A DNA stretch of 60,995 bases, the filler included, from Jimgerdemannia flammicorona (taxonomy: Eukaryota), in the NCBI GenBank assembly GCA_003990765.1. It is 3 parts of 3 records of this genome, joined end to end, with 100 filler letters (N's around TTAATTAATTAA, not from the genome) between each part and the next. Parts side by side here need not be neighbours in the genome. Positions count along the whole stretch, not along the records: positions 20,369 to 40,635 come from RBNJ01001721.1; positions 40,736 to 60,995 come from RBNJ01001722.1; 1 more part is not named here. One strand, given 5' to 3'. Both the position numbers and the translations under genes were made by a program. Shown in pieces: positions 37,264-50,184 of this stretch. Within the stretch, counting starts at the first letter, position 1; every line of letters begins with the position of its first letter. The notes below the pieces were generated by a model. That model did not search any database and had not been told where the DNA came from. It worked only from the letters and a program-made list of their open reading frames with translations.

Positions 37264-40200
37264 CTGGGGAGATCGACTGGTCTGGGGTGAATGATGCAGG
37301 CCAGGGTGGGAATCAGTGAGGGTGGGCTCATGCTACTGCCCGGCGGCTAGGGGAGAGAGGATTGCTTGGATCAAGGAACTACTGGAGGAGGGCATTCTCT
37401 TAGAGGATGGGGTTGATGTTCTTGGGGGTGATTTTAACATGGTTTGAGATTTGCAGTTGGATAGGACTGATGGAGGAAGACATGCTGGTGGGAGGAGTGG
37501 TGGTCTGGATGCATGGAAGGAGGTGGAAAACCTTAGCTCCTTAGGGGATATGGGCCGAATGTGGTGGGGTGACACCAGGGTCTACATGCACTGGGTGAAT
37601 GGCTTAGGGACAAGGATTGACTGGATTCTGACAGCTGAATGTTGGGGTGCTGATGTCTGGAAGACTTTGGAGGTGGTGTGGTGCCCGTGGTCTGATCACT
37701 GGGGACTGATTGGGCAGGGGCAGTTTGGGGGAAGTGGAGATGGACCCAGACATTGGTGTCTTAACTCCTCCCTGCTGGCTGAGAAGGAGTTGTGGGACTC
37801 ATGGGTAGAGGAGGTACAGGCAAAGCTTCCGTTTTGGAGGCAGGAGGGTTTATCTGTGGGTGTCCGTTGGATGAGATTGAAGGAGGCTGCAAGGGTTTAT
37901 TGGGGAGGAGCTGGTAGGGAGGCGGGAAGAAGGAGGAAGAGGTGAGTACAGTCTGCCTCCAATAGGCTGAGGAGATTGCAGTTGGAGTGGGCAGATTTGC
38001 TTGCATCTGATGAGGTGGAGGATTGGAGGTTAGTGAGGGCGAAATTGGAGGTTGTAGAACTGCAACAGGTGTTGCGAGAGGAGGAGGAGATTCATATGTG
38101 AGGTATGGCAGCCAGGCTTAGGTGGCAGGGGCTTGAGGAGGGGGAGCAGCCTACTAGGTACTTGTCTAGGCTCCTCAAAGCCAGGCAGGTGAGGCACAGG
38201 TGGGATGGGATCTTGGATGCAGAGGGAGAGCTGGTGTGAGGCACACAGCAGATCCTGGGAGTGCTGAAGGAGAATTGGCAGGATCTGTAGAGTGAGGAAG
38301 AAGGGGGTGCTGATGCAGAGGCAATTGGTGACACACTGGAAGAGTGGGAGCTGCCACAGGTAGAGGGTCTGGGTGACTTGACCTTACCTGTCCAAGAGGA
38401 GGAGATACAAGGTGTCCTGGCAGCGACTAAGCTTGGGACAGTGCCAGGGGAGGATGGGTTACCGTGGGACTTCTGGAAGAAGATGGTGGAAGTCCTGGAG
38501 ATGCTGGGGGAGATGGCGGCCCTCTGTGACTATGTTCTTCTGAATGGCATGTGGGTTGGTGAGCAGGACTTAGGGCTGGTGGCCCTATTGTATAAAGATA
38601 AGGGCCGGCGTGAGGATTGGAAGAACTGGAGGCCAATCATACTGCTGGATATGGATTGGAAGTTGGTGACTAAGGTGATTGTTGCAAGGCTACAGAAGGT
38701 TACTCAACAGGTACTAGGGGAGGAGCAATGGGGCTTTGTAGGTGGTAGACTTATAAGAGATGGAACTGCCTGGGTACATGGCATTATTAAAGGTGCCCGG
38801 GCCTGTGGACTGGATGGGAGACTGGTCTTTTTGGATCAAGAGAAGGCCTACGACCATGTTCAGTGGGTTTGGTTGGGCAAGATACTGGACAGAATTGGTG
38901 TTCTGCTACAGTTTCGCGCCTCTATGTTGAGTTTATTGGAAGGGAGTTGAGCAGCGCTGATGTATAATGGTCACAGGGGTTTGGTGTTCCCCTTGGGGAG
39001 AGGAGTCCCTCAGGGGGACCCTCTGTCCCCTATCCTTTATGCACTCTCCTTGGAACCTTTGATGGACAGGATCCATAAGAGAGTGACTGGGCTCTCTGTA
39101 TATGGTGTGGAATGGAAGGTGGGGGCCTTTGCAGATGACATGGTGGTTGGACTTGGATCAATAGCAGATGTAGAGGCTCTTCGAGAAACAGTGGAGTAGT
39201 ATGAGGCACACTCTGGAGCAAAGCTCAACTAGCATAAGTGTGAGACAATGGTGCTGGGGAATGGGCTAGTGGGAGGGGATGTCATTGGAACAATTGTTCC
39301 CACAGGAGAGGTGGTGCAGTACCTAGGTATCTTCCTCTCCGTATATGGATCAGTCCTACCGTGAATATGGTGGGAGAGGAGGGTGGCCATTTGGAGAGAG
39401 GCTCTAAAAGGCTGGGGGGGTCGTCACATCTCCCTGGCAGGGCGGGTGGTGATTCTGAATGTATACTGGTTCCCCAAGCTGTGGTATGTGGCATATTACT
39501 TAGACTTTCCTGCTTGGGTGGTGAAGAGGCTGATGAAACTGACTAGGGAGTGGATTTGGGCTGGTAGAAGGGCTCAGATCAGTTGGGATACCCTTGTTGA
39601 GCCAGTGCTTAGGGGAGGCCTGGGCCTTGTGGATTTCCCTAAGTGTCTATACTGCCTGTGAGCTTAGTGGTTGAGAAGGGCGGTTGATCTACAGGGTGGA
39701 GGTTGGGTGCCATTGATGAAGAAGGTGTGGGAGATGAGAGTCTCCCCCCGGGGGTCTACAGGGGATCTACTCTCTTTGGTGGGTCTGAATGGGAGCCAAC
39801 AGTTATGGTATAAGGGCTTCTGGTGGGGAGTGGTTGAGGGGGCACACTGGATAGGCCTGCACTGGCATGGGAATGAGGGGGAGGAGGTATGGGGTCCAGC
39901 TATGTGGTGATGGAACTGTCTGCTTCTAGGGGGAGTTCTGCTAGCTGAGTTTGACATTGGTGATGGAGTAGAGTGTCAGCAGTGGATTGGACAGGATCTT
40001 TGGCCGAGTAGCTGGCAGGTGGTGAGGATTGGTGAAGAGTGGGATTGGGCACGGATCTGGTCTTGGTGTACAGAGGTCCGGCAGTGGCTCCCTCCCAAGT
40101 TCTGGGTAGTATGGTGGCATATGTTGTGGAGGAATGTTATGTTGAACTTCCGTGCTGGGCATCTGATGGATGGGGGTCGGCTGGATTGTGAGGAGTATTA

Positions 40201-40635
40201 TAATGTTGGGCAAGTTGGGGGTTTTGTGCAAACAATGGAACATTGGCTGGGAGAGTGTGAGGTTCTGAGTGACTTTTGGATAGCTGTAGGGGACTACCTT
40301 GGAGTTGTAAGGAGACAAGATGGGGAGAGAGGTCGCTGGGAAGATCTGGAGTCTAGACTTGTGGGAGGTGTCAGTAATAGGTGGCTTACTGTAGGATGGA
40401 TTGTAGCAGTGTGGGTGGGGTTGGCAGGACATTGGCTCTTTGTTTTTGAGGAGGGATAACAGATCAGGATACAGGAGAAGTTATTGCGATGGGAGGAGTT
40501 GGTGGCGGATTTGTTGACAGGGTGGTGGGTTGGGTGGGGACTGCAAGGTGGGCAACATCGCCGTCTGGTGGAAGGGATCTGTGAGCAGAGTGGTGGGTGG
40601 GTGGCAATGGTGTTTGACAAAGTGGTTTTTCGTCG
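37264..40635 (+). mobile_element. L1/Tx1-clade LINE ORF2 (APE endonuclease C-half, RT, C-terminal Cys/His region), 5'-truncated, inserted in Gypsy B integrase
   Basis: VLGGDFN, TRIDWIL, WSDHWG; PGEDGLP, NWRPIILLDMDWKL, FLDQEKAYDHV, GVPQGDPLSPILY, FADD, LAGRVVILN, GGLGLVDF. Scattered stops. Confidence 0.93.
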
Positions 40636-40735
40636 NNNNNNNNNNNNNNNNNNNNNNNNNNNNNNNNNNNNNNNNNNNNTTAATTAATTAANNNNNNNNN
40701 NNNNNNNNNNNNNNNNNNNNNNNNNNNNNNNNNNN
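40636..40735. other. Assembly gap / contig linker
   Basis: N44-TTAATTAATTAA-N44. Confidence 0.97.
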
Positions 40736-41284
40736 AAAAAAAAAAAAAAAAAAAAAAAAGATATAAAAATAAAGTAAAATATAATATAACTATTTTTTTA
40801 AAAAAATATATATATATATATATTACTATATATTTTTCTTAAAAAACCTAAGTTATATCTTATAGTATATAATTATATAATATATTTTATTAATAAAGCT
40901 TAATAATATCTCTTTAAATATATTATAAAATTAAAATAGAATATGTAAAAATAGAATATATATATATATTATATTTTTAAAGTAATTATTAAAATAAATA
41001 TATTAGAAATTTATTATATAAAATTTTAAATAAAAATAAAAATAAAGATTTATTTATTAGAAAAATATAATTATATATAATAAATAATATTAGCAAAAGC
41101 TTAAAAATTTTAAGTTTAATATATAATAATATTTAGTTATAACTTATTTTGATATTTTTCTCTAATTTCTTTTTTTTAAAAAAAATATTCTACAATATTT
41201 TAGTATTTTCTAAATATTTAAAAGTCTTCTTTTAATATTAAGACTTTATTAGAACTTTTTTTATTTTTTATTTTTTATTATTAT

Positions 41285-44200
41285 TATAATAGTTGATCTG
41301 AATTAGGAACATGAATTAGAGAAATAGATATTTAATTATAGTACCTAAATCTGATTCCCAAATATAGTATAACCTTATAAATAGTAATTATTTCATAAAT
41401 GTAAAAACTTTACAAATATAAAGATTTTATAAATATAGAGAATCTATACTTATAAAAAGTGACTTATAGAAAATATAGTCATAACTTAGTCACCTTATAT
41501 ATAGCTAGCAAACTTATATAAATATCCTCAGTATCTAGAGTGAATAAACCTTAGATTGAAATAGTTCAAAGTAAAGAGAAAGTGAGAGAACTAGTAAGTC
41601 TGTAGATAGATATACTTCAAACTCACTCATTATATTCTGAGGACTCTGTAGAGTCAAAGAAGATTAAGTTTTCAAAATACAGAAATCTGATGTACTTACT
41701 CAGTTATATATCTACTATATTACAACTTGGTACCTATTGACTAGTAATTTAAGATAAATCTCTTACTTTTAAGCTAAACAATAAATAACTGCTACTATCT
41801 AAACAATCATATAAATCAAACTAAGATATCTAAATAAGATAGATATGAGATTACTAGTATTTTATAGATATACATATCTCAAATAAATTAATTATCACTT
41901 TTATTGATAATTTTAAGCAGTATACTGCTATAAGAACTCTAACAGTAAGACAATAAGTAGTTCTCATACTCTTCAGTCTCTGAGGCCCAGTAAGAGCAGT
42001 ATTCATAGCTACAACTTATGTAAAAAATAATGATAATTCTGTACTAATAGCATAGAAGATCTCCTACTATATAGATGAGATCAAGCAAGCTCTGAAGGAT
42101 TAGCTCAATATAATATGCTAAGAAATAAATAAGAATTTAAATATATTCTATACTAAAATTCAATATCAGATAATTCTTAAAAATTATAATACTACTATTC
42201 AAGATCAAGTAGCTAAGACAACCTTCATAAAAAGAGTTCACCTAGAGATAGCTATAGTTATCTGCTCATCACCAGTAGTCCTAGATCTGTCACAGAAGAT
42301 CACCTATATTCAGTAATACTAGATAGCTAGATATCTACAAGACTATATAATGAAAAGAGTCACTGAAGTTAGAATTGAAGCACCCAAAGCAACTAGTATA
42401 ATTCCCACCAAAGTGATCAATTGAAACACACCTCAATCAAGAGCTACTAAGTAGTAAAGAAACAGTAACCTTATGGAGGAACTAGCTAAGAAGTTTACTG
42501 AAATGACTGCCCACTTAGGAGATATAGTAAAGAAAATCAGAGGAAGAGATTGTCATCCAGTTCAGAAGTTTGTTACTATCTCAGACAAGAAGAGAGGTAT
42601 CTGCTATACTTGTAGAGAAGAAGACCACTACTTATATAAATGTATGAGTGAAACCAAGTATAAGGTACAGCTAAGCAATACTACCTAGAACAGAGAACAG
42701 ATCAATATTATTATTTTTGAAGAAATTGGAAAATCTGATAATAAAGAATGAGAGATCTTCTCTGCACAGACTACTAAGAAAGGTATTTATAAAGAACTCT
42801 ACAAGAGACCACCAGAGAGACTCAAGAAGAACTCAGTACAGAAATAGATAGAAACTACTATAAAAAGTTAAGTAAAAGAAATAGATCAAAATATGAAGCT
42901 GAAGCAAGCAGTTCAAGATATTATCCAAGGAACTACTCCAGTCCTAGCCAGTGAAGAGGAAAAAAAAAAAAAGCTTTACAAAACTAAGATATTCAAGTAT
43001 GATATCTTCAAGGACCTCAGCTAATAAAAAGTCAATACAACCTTTGACCAGCTGGTAGAAATCCCCACATTCAGACAGTAAATAAGATATAGACTGACTG
43101 AGATAACTAAGAAGTAAGGTTAGAAGATAACTGAGGTCAACAATGTTCAAGAAGACTCAGGAGAAGAAAGTGAAGATAATTACAAGACATCTGCCTATAT
43201 AATCTGTCAAATTAAAGATAGAATCTTTAAGACCATTATTGATACTAGAGCAGAAGAATGCCTCCTCAGTAAGAAAGCAGCAGACTGCTTAGATTGGAAG
43301 GTTGAAGAAGTAACCAAGCTGGTATTCATCACAGTAGATAGAACAAGAGCCACACCTCTAGGAAAGATCTGAGATATCTTCATCAAGTTTAGAGGAGCAA
43401 CCATCTTAGTAGATATTATTGTAACCAATACAATCAACTATGACATTCTTATCAGCAATTAATGGCTTTATAAAATCAGGACAATAATCAATCTGAATGT
43501 TTAGAAGATATAGATTATTTACTAAGAACAGAAGATGTGAATTTCCATTAATATTAACAAAAGAGTACTCTCTGAAATAAAGAAAGAAGAAAGTGAGAAA
43601 GAAGAGGCCTACATGATGACTATCTAGAAAAAGAAGAAAAAAGTTGAATGGATCAGTAAAGAGGACTGGTATAAGAGGATTATTGAAGAATATATACCAT
43701 AAGGAGTCTGCCTCTATAAAAATAAGATGTACTATATAGAACATATTAATGATTACTACCAGTATATCAGCACAATCAAGAAGATCTACTATGAAAGATG
43801 ACAGAAGACTCTTGAAAAATAGACAAGAGAAGAGAAAGAGAAGAAAGAGAATAATGAACTATTAGCTCTTCTGGAAGACAGTGATGATGAAGAAGAAATC
43901 AAAGTCAAGATTTAGAAAATCCACTCTGATGTAGTCCTATCAGAATATAAGTTAGAGAATGTAGTGAGAATGGATATTACTATAGTAGAAGAAACTATAC
44001 TTGAGCCCCAGACAACTACTCTACTTGCAACTGATCTAGAGATGACTATTCTAAAAGGCTATATCAGAATTCTCAAAACAAAAAGCAGCTTAACCAAGAG
44101 TAAGATTACTATTGAAGGAGGAGTCATCAATTTAGATTATATCAGAGAAATATTACTCATTACTAGGAACCACAACTCTATGATTCTATTTCTAATTAAG

Positions 44201-45457
44201 AAGAAGGACTGACTAGTGCAGATGTTAATCTTCCCAGTTCTTTAGCAAAAGATCATAGAATTCAAGAAGTTGGAGAAAACAGAGAGAGAAAGGAAGAGAT
44301 TCAGATCTATAGAAAGAGAAGTATTTGCTAGTACCAAGATCATCAAACTAGATCACAAAAAGGAGAAAACTACAAATAAGTATAGCTATACTATTGGAAA
44401 TAAATTCCTACTCAAGAAAGAACTCAAGAAGATACTCTATAAATTTGAAAATATTCTGGCTACAGATTTCAAGAATATTAAAAGAAAGACTCTATATTAC
44501 TATCATAATATAGATATAGAAGACACTGAACCAATCTACCAAAAAGCAAGACCAATTCTGCCAGCCTACCATAAATAACTCAGAGAAGAAATCAAGTAGA
44601 TGGAAGAAGCTTGTATCATCAAAGAAGCTAGTAGTTCTTGGGCTTCACCAGTTATACTAGCTCTAAAGAAAGAAAGTAAACTAAGAGAATTCACCTCAAG
44701 GTTCTATACCAATTACAAGAAGCTCAACCTGATTACTAAGAAGGATTGACAACCACTGTCCCTCATCAGTGACATTCTTGTGATCCTGAGAGATGAAGTA
44801 CAGTATTATAGTACTTTGGACTTATATATATTCAGAATTCTATCAAATCAGCCTTATAGAAGTAGTAAGTAAGAAGTCAACCTTAATCACTTTAGACAGA
44901 ACTTATATCTATTTGCAAATACTATTCAGAATATGTAATATACTAGTAAGCTTTTAGTAAATGATGAACAAAATCTTCTACTATAATATAAGAGGAAGTT
45001 GTGACAGTTGATCTGAATTAGGAATATAAATTAAAAAAATAGATATTTAATATGATATTTGAATCTGATTTCCAAATATAGTATATATAGTCTTACAAAT
45101 AGTAGTCATTTTACAAATATAGAGACTTTACAAATATAGAGATTTCACAGATATAGAATCTTTATAATTATAGAGATTTTACAGATATAGAGAATCTATA
45201 CTTATAAAAAGTGACTCATAGAAAATATAGTCATAACTTAGCCATCTTATAGCTAGCATACTTGTATAAATATCTTTAGTATCTTGAGTAAATAAATCTC
45301 AGATTAAAATAGTTCAAAGTAAAGAAAAGACAAGAGAACTAGTAAGTCTGCAGGCAGATATACTTTAAACTTACTCACTATATCACAAGAACTCTACAGA
45401 GTCAGTTTTCAAGATATAGAAATCTAACATACTTAGTTATATATCTGCTATATTATA
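41285..45457 (+). mobile_element. Gypsy family A, copy 2, internally deleted, with both LTRs (41285-41724 and 45000-45457)
   Basis: PBS at ~41728; gag knuckle CYTCREEDHYLYKC; IIDTRAEECL; dUTPase relic ~43900-44310 (IEGGVINLDYIREI); RT stops at ~44988, directly followed by purine tract AAGAGGAAG and the LTR; possible TTAT duplication. Confidence 0.9.
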
Positions 45458-46075
45458 TTATATATGTATCAAGTATCTTATCTTAGTTATAAACTTTTTA
45501 GTTATTTTTTATCAAAATCTCTTTTTAGTATTTTTTATGTATTTCTAAAATTCTTTTAGATTCTTTTTTTAGATTTTATATAAATATTTTCTCTTTATAT
45601 CTATTTAAATAAAACTTAGAATTTATTTTCTTAAAAATACATAAACTTTTAGTATTTTTTTAAGTTACTTAAGTCTACTAAAATCTTTTAAATTTAGTAA
45701 TAATTAAGTAAATAATACTTATTACTAAAAATTATTATATATATATATAATAATATTTTTTAATAATCATTAAGCTAATAATGATATATACTATATATAC
45801 TATTATATATAAAATTTATATAGTGATTTTCTTTTTAAGATATATAACTTATATTAGATTTTAACTTAATATAATAAAAATTCTCTTTTTTTAAACTTGT
45901 AGAAAGATATAAAAAATAAAAATTAACTCTATTAAATTATAGTAAATCAAGTAAAGAATTATAAAAAAATAAAAAAATAAAATAAAATTATTCTACAGAA
46001 TTAAGTTTTAAGTATTTTTCAAAGTTTATCAAAATTTATTGAGATTTATAGATTTGCCAGACTGTATAACTCAAT

Positions 46076-47250
46076 GTTTTTTGTTTTTTTTTGTTTTACA
46101 GACTCAGAGTCCTGCAGATTTTTATTAGAAGAGAACTTAAACTATATAGGCCAAAACTCTCCTCTACTATCTATTAAGTACTGCCTTCCTATTAACCTAA
46201 GCTAGCTATTATTCAGCAGCTCAATTATACTAGGTGCAGCAGAGCCTATGGTGGTCTATACCTCATTCTATATACTATGCTCTCTCTACTACTAGAGAGA
46301 ACTCAGCTATATACCAATAACTGAAAGCATATGAATATATATACAAAACCATGTCTAAGCCAAATAAAATAGCCTCTACTACCCTAAGGAGAATGATAGA
46401 TAAAGAAAAAACTCTTATCAAAGTATATTATAGTAGATAGGATCTAGTTCTCCCAGATGAAGTAAGTAAAGGACTTATATATAAGGTGGGAGGATATCTC
46501 TAATACTCCACTACTCAAGCCTGTGAGTCTCAATCACATTACCATATCAGCTCTCAATTCTAGTTAAGTATAACTAAGACATCTGAAATAGATAGCCTTG
46601 AGCCCCTCAACTCTTTTCAATGATCAAGGCCTAACTCTATATTACCAAAAGAAACTGAGAATAACATCTACTATCTAACTACTCTATACTAATCAAAAGG
46701 TCTCACCAAAGTAGTACCTCCCCAGCTCCAATGACTGCCCTCAGTCTAACATCCTACTGATTTACTATAAATACTCTTTCTCTTATCTGTAATAGCTATC
46801 TTCTCTCTTATCCTAACAATATCTAAAAAACAGTTACCTATATTAGAACTATACTTACTGAGAAGCTTGCTAAAGCCAGAAGGCCCCACCATAGGCACTG
46901 AGGACCTATAAGTAACCTATACTAGATACTTGATATCCAAGATTGACTAACTCTCTATATAATCTATAATATACTAAAATAATATCTTATTAGCAATGAT
47001 AAAAGGAAGAAAGCACCACACCAAAACAAGTACACCTCAGATGCAGCTGAAGATACAAAATCTGCAAAAAAGTAGAGAAGACACTGATCAGATACCAATA
47101 AAAGAGCAACTTATCACTATTACTCTCCTCCCACTATATTTTTACAGAAAACCAATCCAAGATAGAGGAAGTAATAATAGAGGAAAGAGAACTCAGAAAG
47201 TTGCCTACCAAATCTTGTGACTAGTAAGGTAGCAGAGAAAGGAGCTGGCA
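46076..47250 (-). mobile_element. LINE 3' extension fragment with polyA (T-tract)
   Basis: Colinear with 20375-21510. Confidence 0.8.
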
Positions 47251-49431
47251 CAACTCAATGTTTGCCGAGACTGACTTTAAGAGAGTTCAGGGGAAATTTG
47301 TGTGCCATCCGTAAAAAAAAAAAATTTGTGTACCCTAAGCCACAATTTCCTGTGCTGCTCCACCAGTCGAGGATTAACAGCTCAAAACGAAGTCACGCAA
47401 AATATCCCCTGTACCCTAGCGTATATCCAATATGCGTCAAACACATTCTGAAACGTAGACAGAAATAGACGGAAAAAATAGAATGTCGTTTTCGAAAATT
47501 CAATGCCCGCCAAGGTTCAAAGGAACCCCATATAGATGATGCATTCTCTGCACCGTATTTGCCAAAAGCATCAACCGAACGCCTTATGAGAAGCAGAACC
47601 ACCAAACACACGCAAATGGTCATGCAACAAGACCAAAATGTTTTAGAAAATCATAAGCCAGAAGCACAGCCGACACCCAACGAATCATGCACAAGAAAAA
47701 CGTGTAAACGTCAGATAAGGACACTCCCTACGTCACATCGCATGGCACGAATTAAAAAAAAAAAAAAAAAAACGGCGCACGACAGCGTGGATCGGGTGCA
47801 TTCACAAGAGCAACCAGCAAACGAGGCAAACACACCCCAAAGCGTTTACCGCAACCCCGCCTCGTCCATCCCGTGCGCGTTCAAAAAACGCAACAAGTTG
47901 ACTAGGAACTACGTAATGTGGAGGGGTATGCGCAGCTGTCCAGCGTTCCATTCGGGAAGGCATGTATTCCGAAAACGGGCCACTGACGCTATGGCAACCT
48001 ATTATGGACGTAGATTTGAAACAAGCAGCTTATCGAGACAAACAACGTCCACCGGGTTGTCAATTCAACATATGCCCGTTCTGCGCATCCCGACCTTGTC
48101 TGGCGGAACTGTTGATCGCGATCGCATTGGGCAAAGGATGCGACCACCACGCCCAGCCGGAAACACAAAAGTCCCGCATATAGAAATTCCAGAACGTTCC
48201 TAGAGTGACTGAGTGTGCTTAAACCCGCACACCCAGAAGCGGGGGGGGGGGGGCGACCCTCCTTCCATGCCACCCGCAACAAATAAACAAAAAACTGAAA
48301 CAAAATAAAAAAATTGTCAGCGTAAAAACAAAAAACCAAACCTTACATTATGCAACCACGAGACGAATGCACGGAGCCTGGAGGATTTTGACGCTCCGCT
48401 CGCCCCGCACTCCAGAGGGCAAGGTTTGCGCGCAGGGTCCATTTCGAGCAGCGCCTGTCCGTTATCAGATGAGCGGGGGTGATAAGGTTCACCATCACCG
48501 ATGAAGAGTATGCTTGATTTATCTCATTTCATTTCATGTCATCATTTTATGCCATTTCATCATTTCATTTTATTTCATTTCACTCACTCACTCACCCATC
48601 ATTCCACACACACACGCAACGATTTCACATTTCAAAGCATTTTATTTATGTATCTTATCAAGGACAAGTAAAAATAGCCCGACCATTTCGGGAGGTCATA
48701 GGATGGGGGATGCAGAACCACGCGAGTGTCAAACACGTCACCCCCCCCCCGATTGCATGACTTAGAGAACCCTTGACCGGTTTCAAACACCGCTCGTTGA
48801 CAAAGGGAACAAGGAGGTCCTGCGTCCGAGTATATTCGTTTGACACTTGCTCCTTATTGGCCGCCGGCCTGCATGGGTGGATGTGTCATGTTTGACAAGG
48901 ACCGAACCGTGCGTGGCTTGCATCTATGTGACACGCTACAGCGCTACACTATGAACCCTGTGTACGACGCATGCAACACGCTGCTCACATTTGTCACATT
49001 TGTCACATTCCAAGAATATTGGAGGGGGAATATTCCAAAGAGTATTTGGGGGGGGAGATTGTTTTTTTGTTCGAGGAAAACTTTGTTCACAAATCCCGAG
49101 CACCTACGATGGGATTTTATTGTAAGTATGTACAGTGCACGGAATTAATCTTCTTTCTCAGAGCAGGCGCCGATAGACACAAATTACTACAAAACGAGAA
49201 AAGGTTCTAATTCTAAGAGACCGCGAATACTTTTGTACAGATAGATAACATGACGATGCGCAAATGGAAAACCCGATAGCAACAAAAAAAAAAAAAAAAA
49301 ATATGGACAAGAATAACGAGGGATAATACAGATGATGGATGGATTGTAACGGAGGCATTAAAACAGAGCAAAGTATACTTTTTGGCTGAGAAGAGTATTT
49401 ACAAGCGAAAAGCGAACCAATTGTTAGCTTC

Positions 49432-50184
49432 CTAGTAAGCGGCCTGGACAGGCGCGACGCTGTAAATGTTCGATCCTTGGTACGGCGAGAAACGCTGGGT
49501 ACGGTAGTAGGCGACGTCATCGTCATCCGAATCAGAATCGGATTCCTCCTCGCCAGACACCTCGGACATGAACTCATCGAATTCGTCGGAGAAGGCCTCG
49601 ACGTCAATTTGACAGTCCTCGTCCGAGTCCATGCCGTCACCCTCGGGGGAATAGGGAGCCTCATCGGTGAGGTAGGCGTCGGAGGGGAGAAGAGTGGCGT
49701 ACTCGTCGATGCCAAACGATTGAATGAGACGCTCAAAGGCGGGTTCTTGGGGCTCATTATCGGATTGGCTGGACGGAGTAGGCGGCAGCGAGGAAACGGG
49801 ACGGACCTGCTTACCATCGCCGTTGGCGGTAGTGGGGACGACGGGCGAGCCGGAGGAGGGTGCTTGGGAGGAGCCGTTGTCGTCCGGGAGGAACGACCCG
49901 TACTGGTTGATGGCGAAGAGGGACATGAGCTCGTCAAGCTCGTTGTTCTTGGTAGATAATTCTGAGTTCACACTAGTAGCCAGGCTAATAGTGGAAGCAA
50001 CACACTGGTTATTAATAACCGTGGAGTCAAAGCAGCAGCAGCAGTCGGACTTGGCAGGGCTAACGGCGGCAAGAGCAGGGGTAGCCTTGGCGTGGCACAG
50101 AGGCATGTAAGAACCATCCCTGACACAACCAGAGAAGTTCTTACCATTGTCAAGAGACGGAGGAGTGAGAGGTAGCTCGATCAT
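49432..50184 (-). CDS. Hypothetical 250-aa acidic, disordered protein
   Basis: Intronless ATG ORF with GC-rich third positions; upstream TATAAA (~50295) and CCAAT (~50370) on the minus strand; no known domain. Confidence 0.7.
   Translation of the reverse strand: MIELPLTPPSLDNGKNFSGCVRDGSYMPLCHAKATPALAAVSPAKSDCCCCFDSTVINNQCVASTISLATSVNSELSTKNNELDELMSLFAINQYGSFLPDDNGSSQAPSSGSPVVPTTANGDGKQVRPVSSLPPTPSSQSDNEPQEPAFERLIQSFGIDEYATLLPSDAYLTDEAPYSPEGDGMDSDEDCQIDVEAFSDEFDEFMSEVSGEEESDSDSDDDDVAYYRTQRFSPYQGSNIYSVAPVQAAY

Noticed and set aside
40736..41284. Extremely AT-rich tracts (also 2100-2500, 45460-46070, 59300-59780) as organellar inserts or centromere
   Set aside because: No organellar gene traces; adjacency to decayed TEs fits terminally mutated repeats.
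47559..48203. 214-aa ORF
   Set aside because: Non-ATG start, crosses an A homopolymer, no domain; probably intergenic or UTR.
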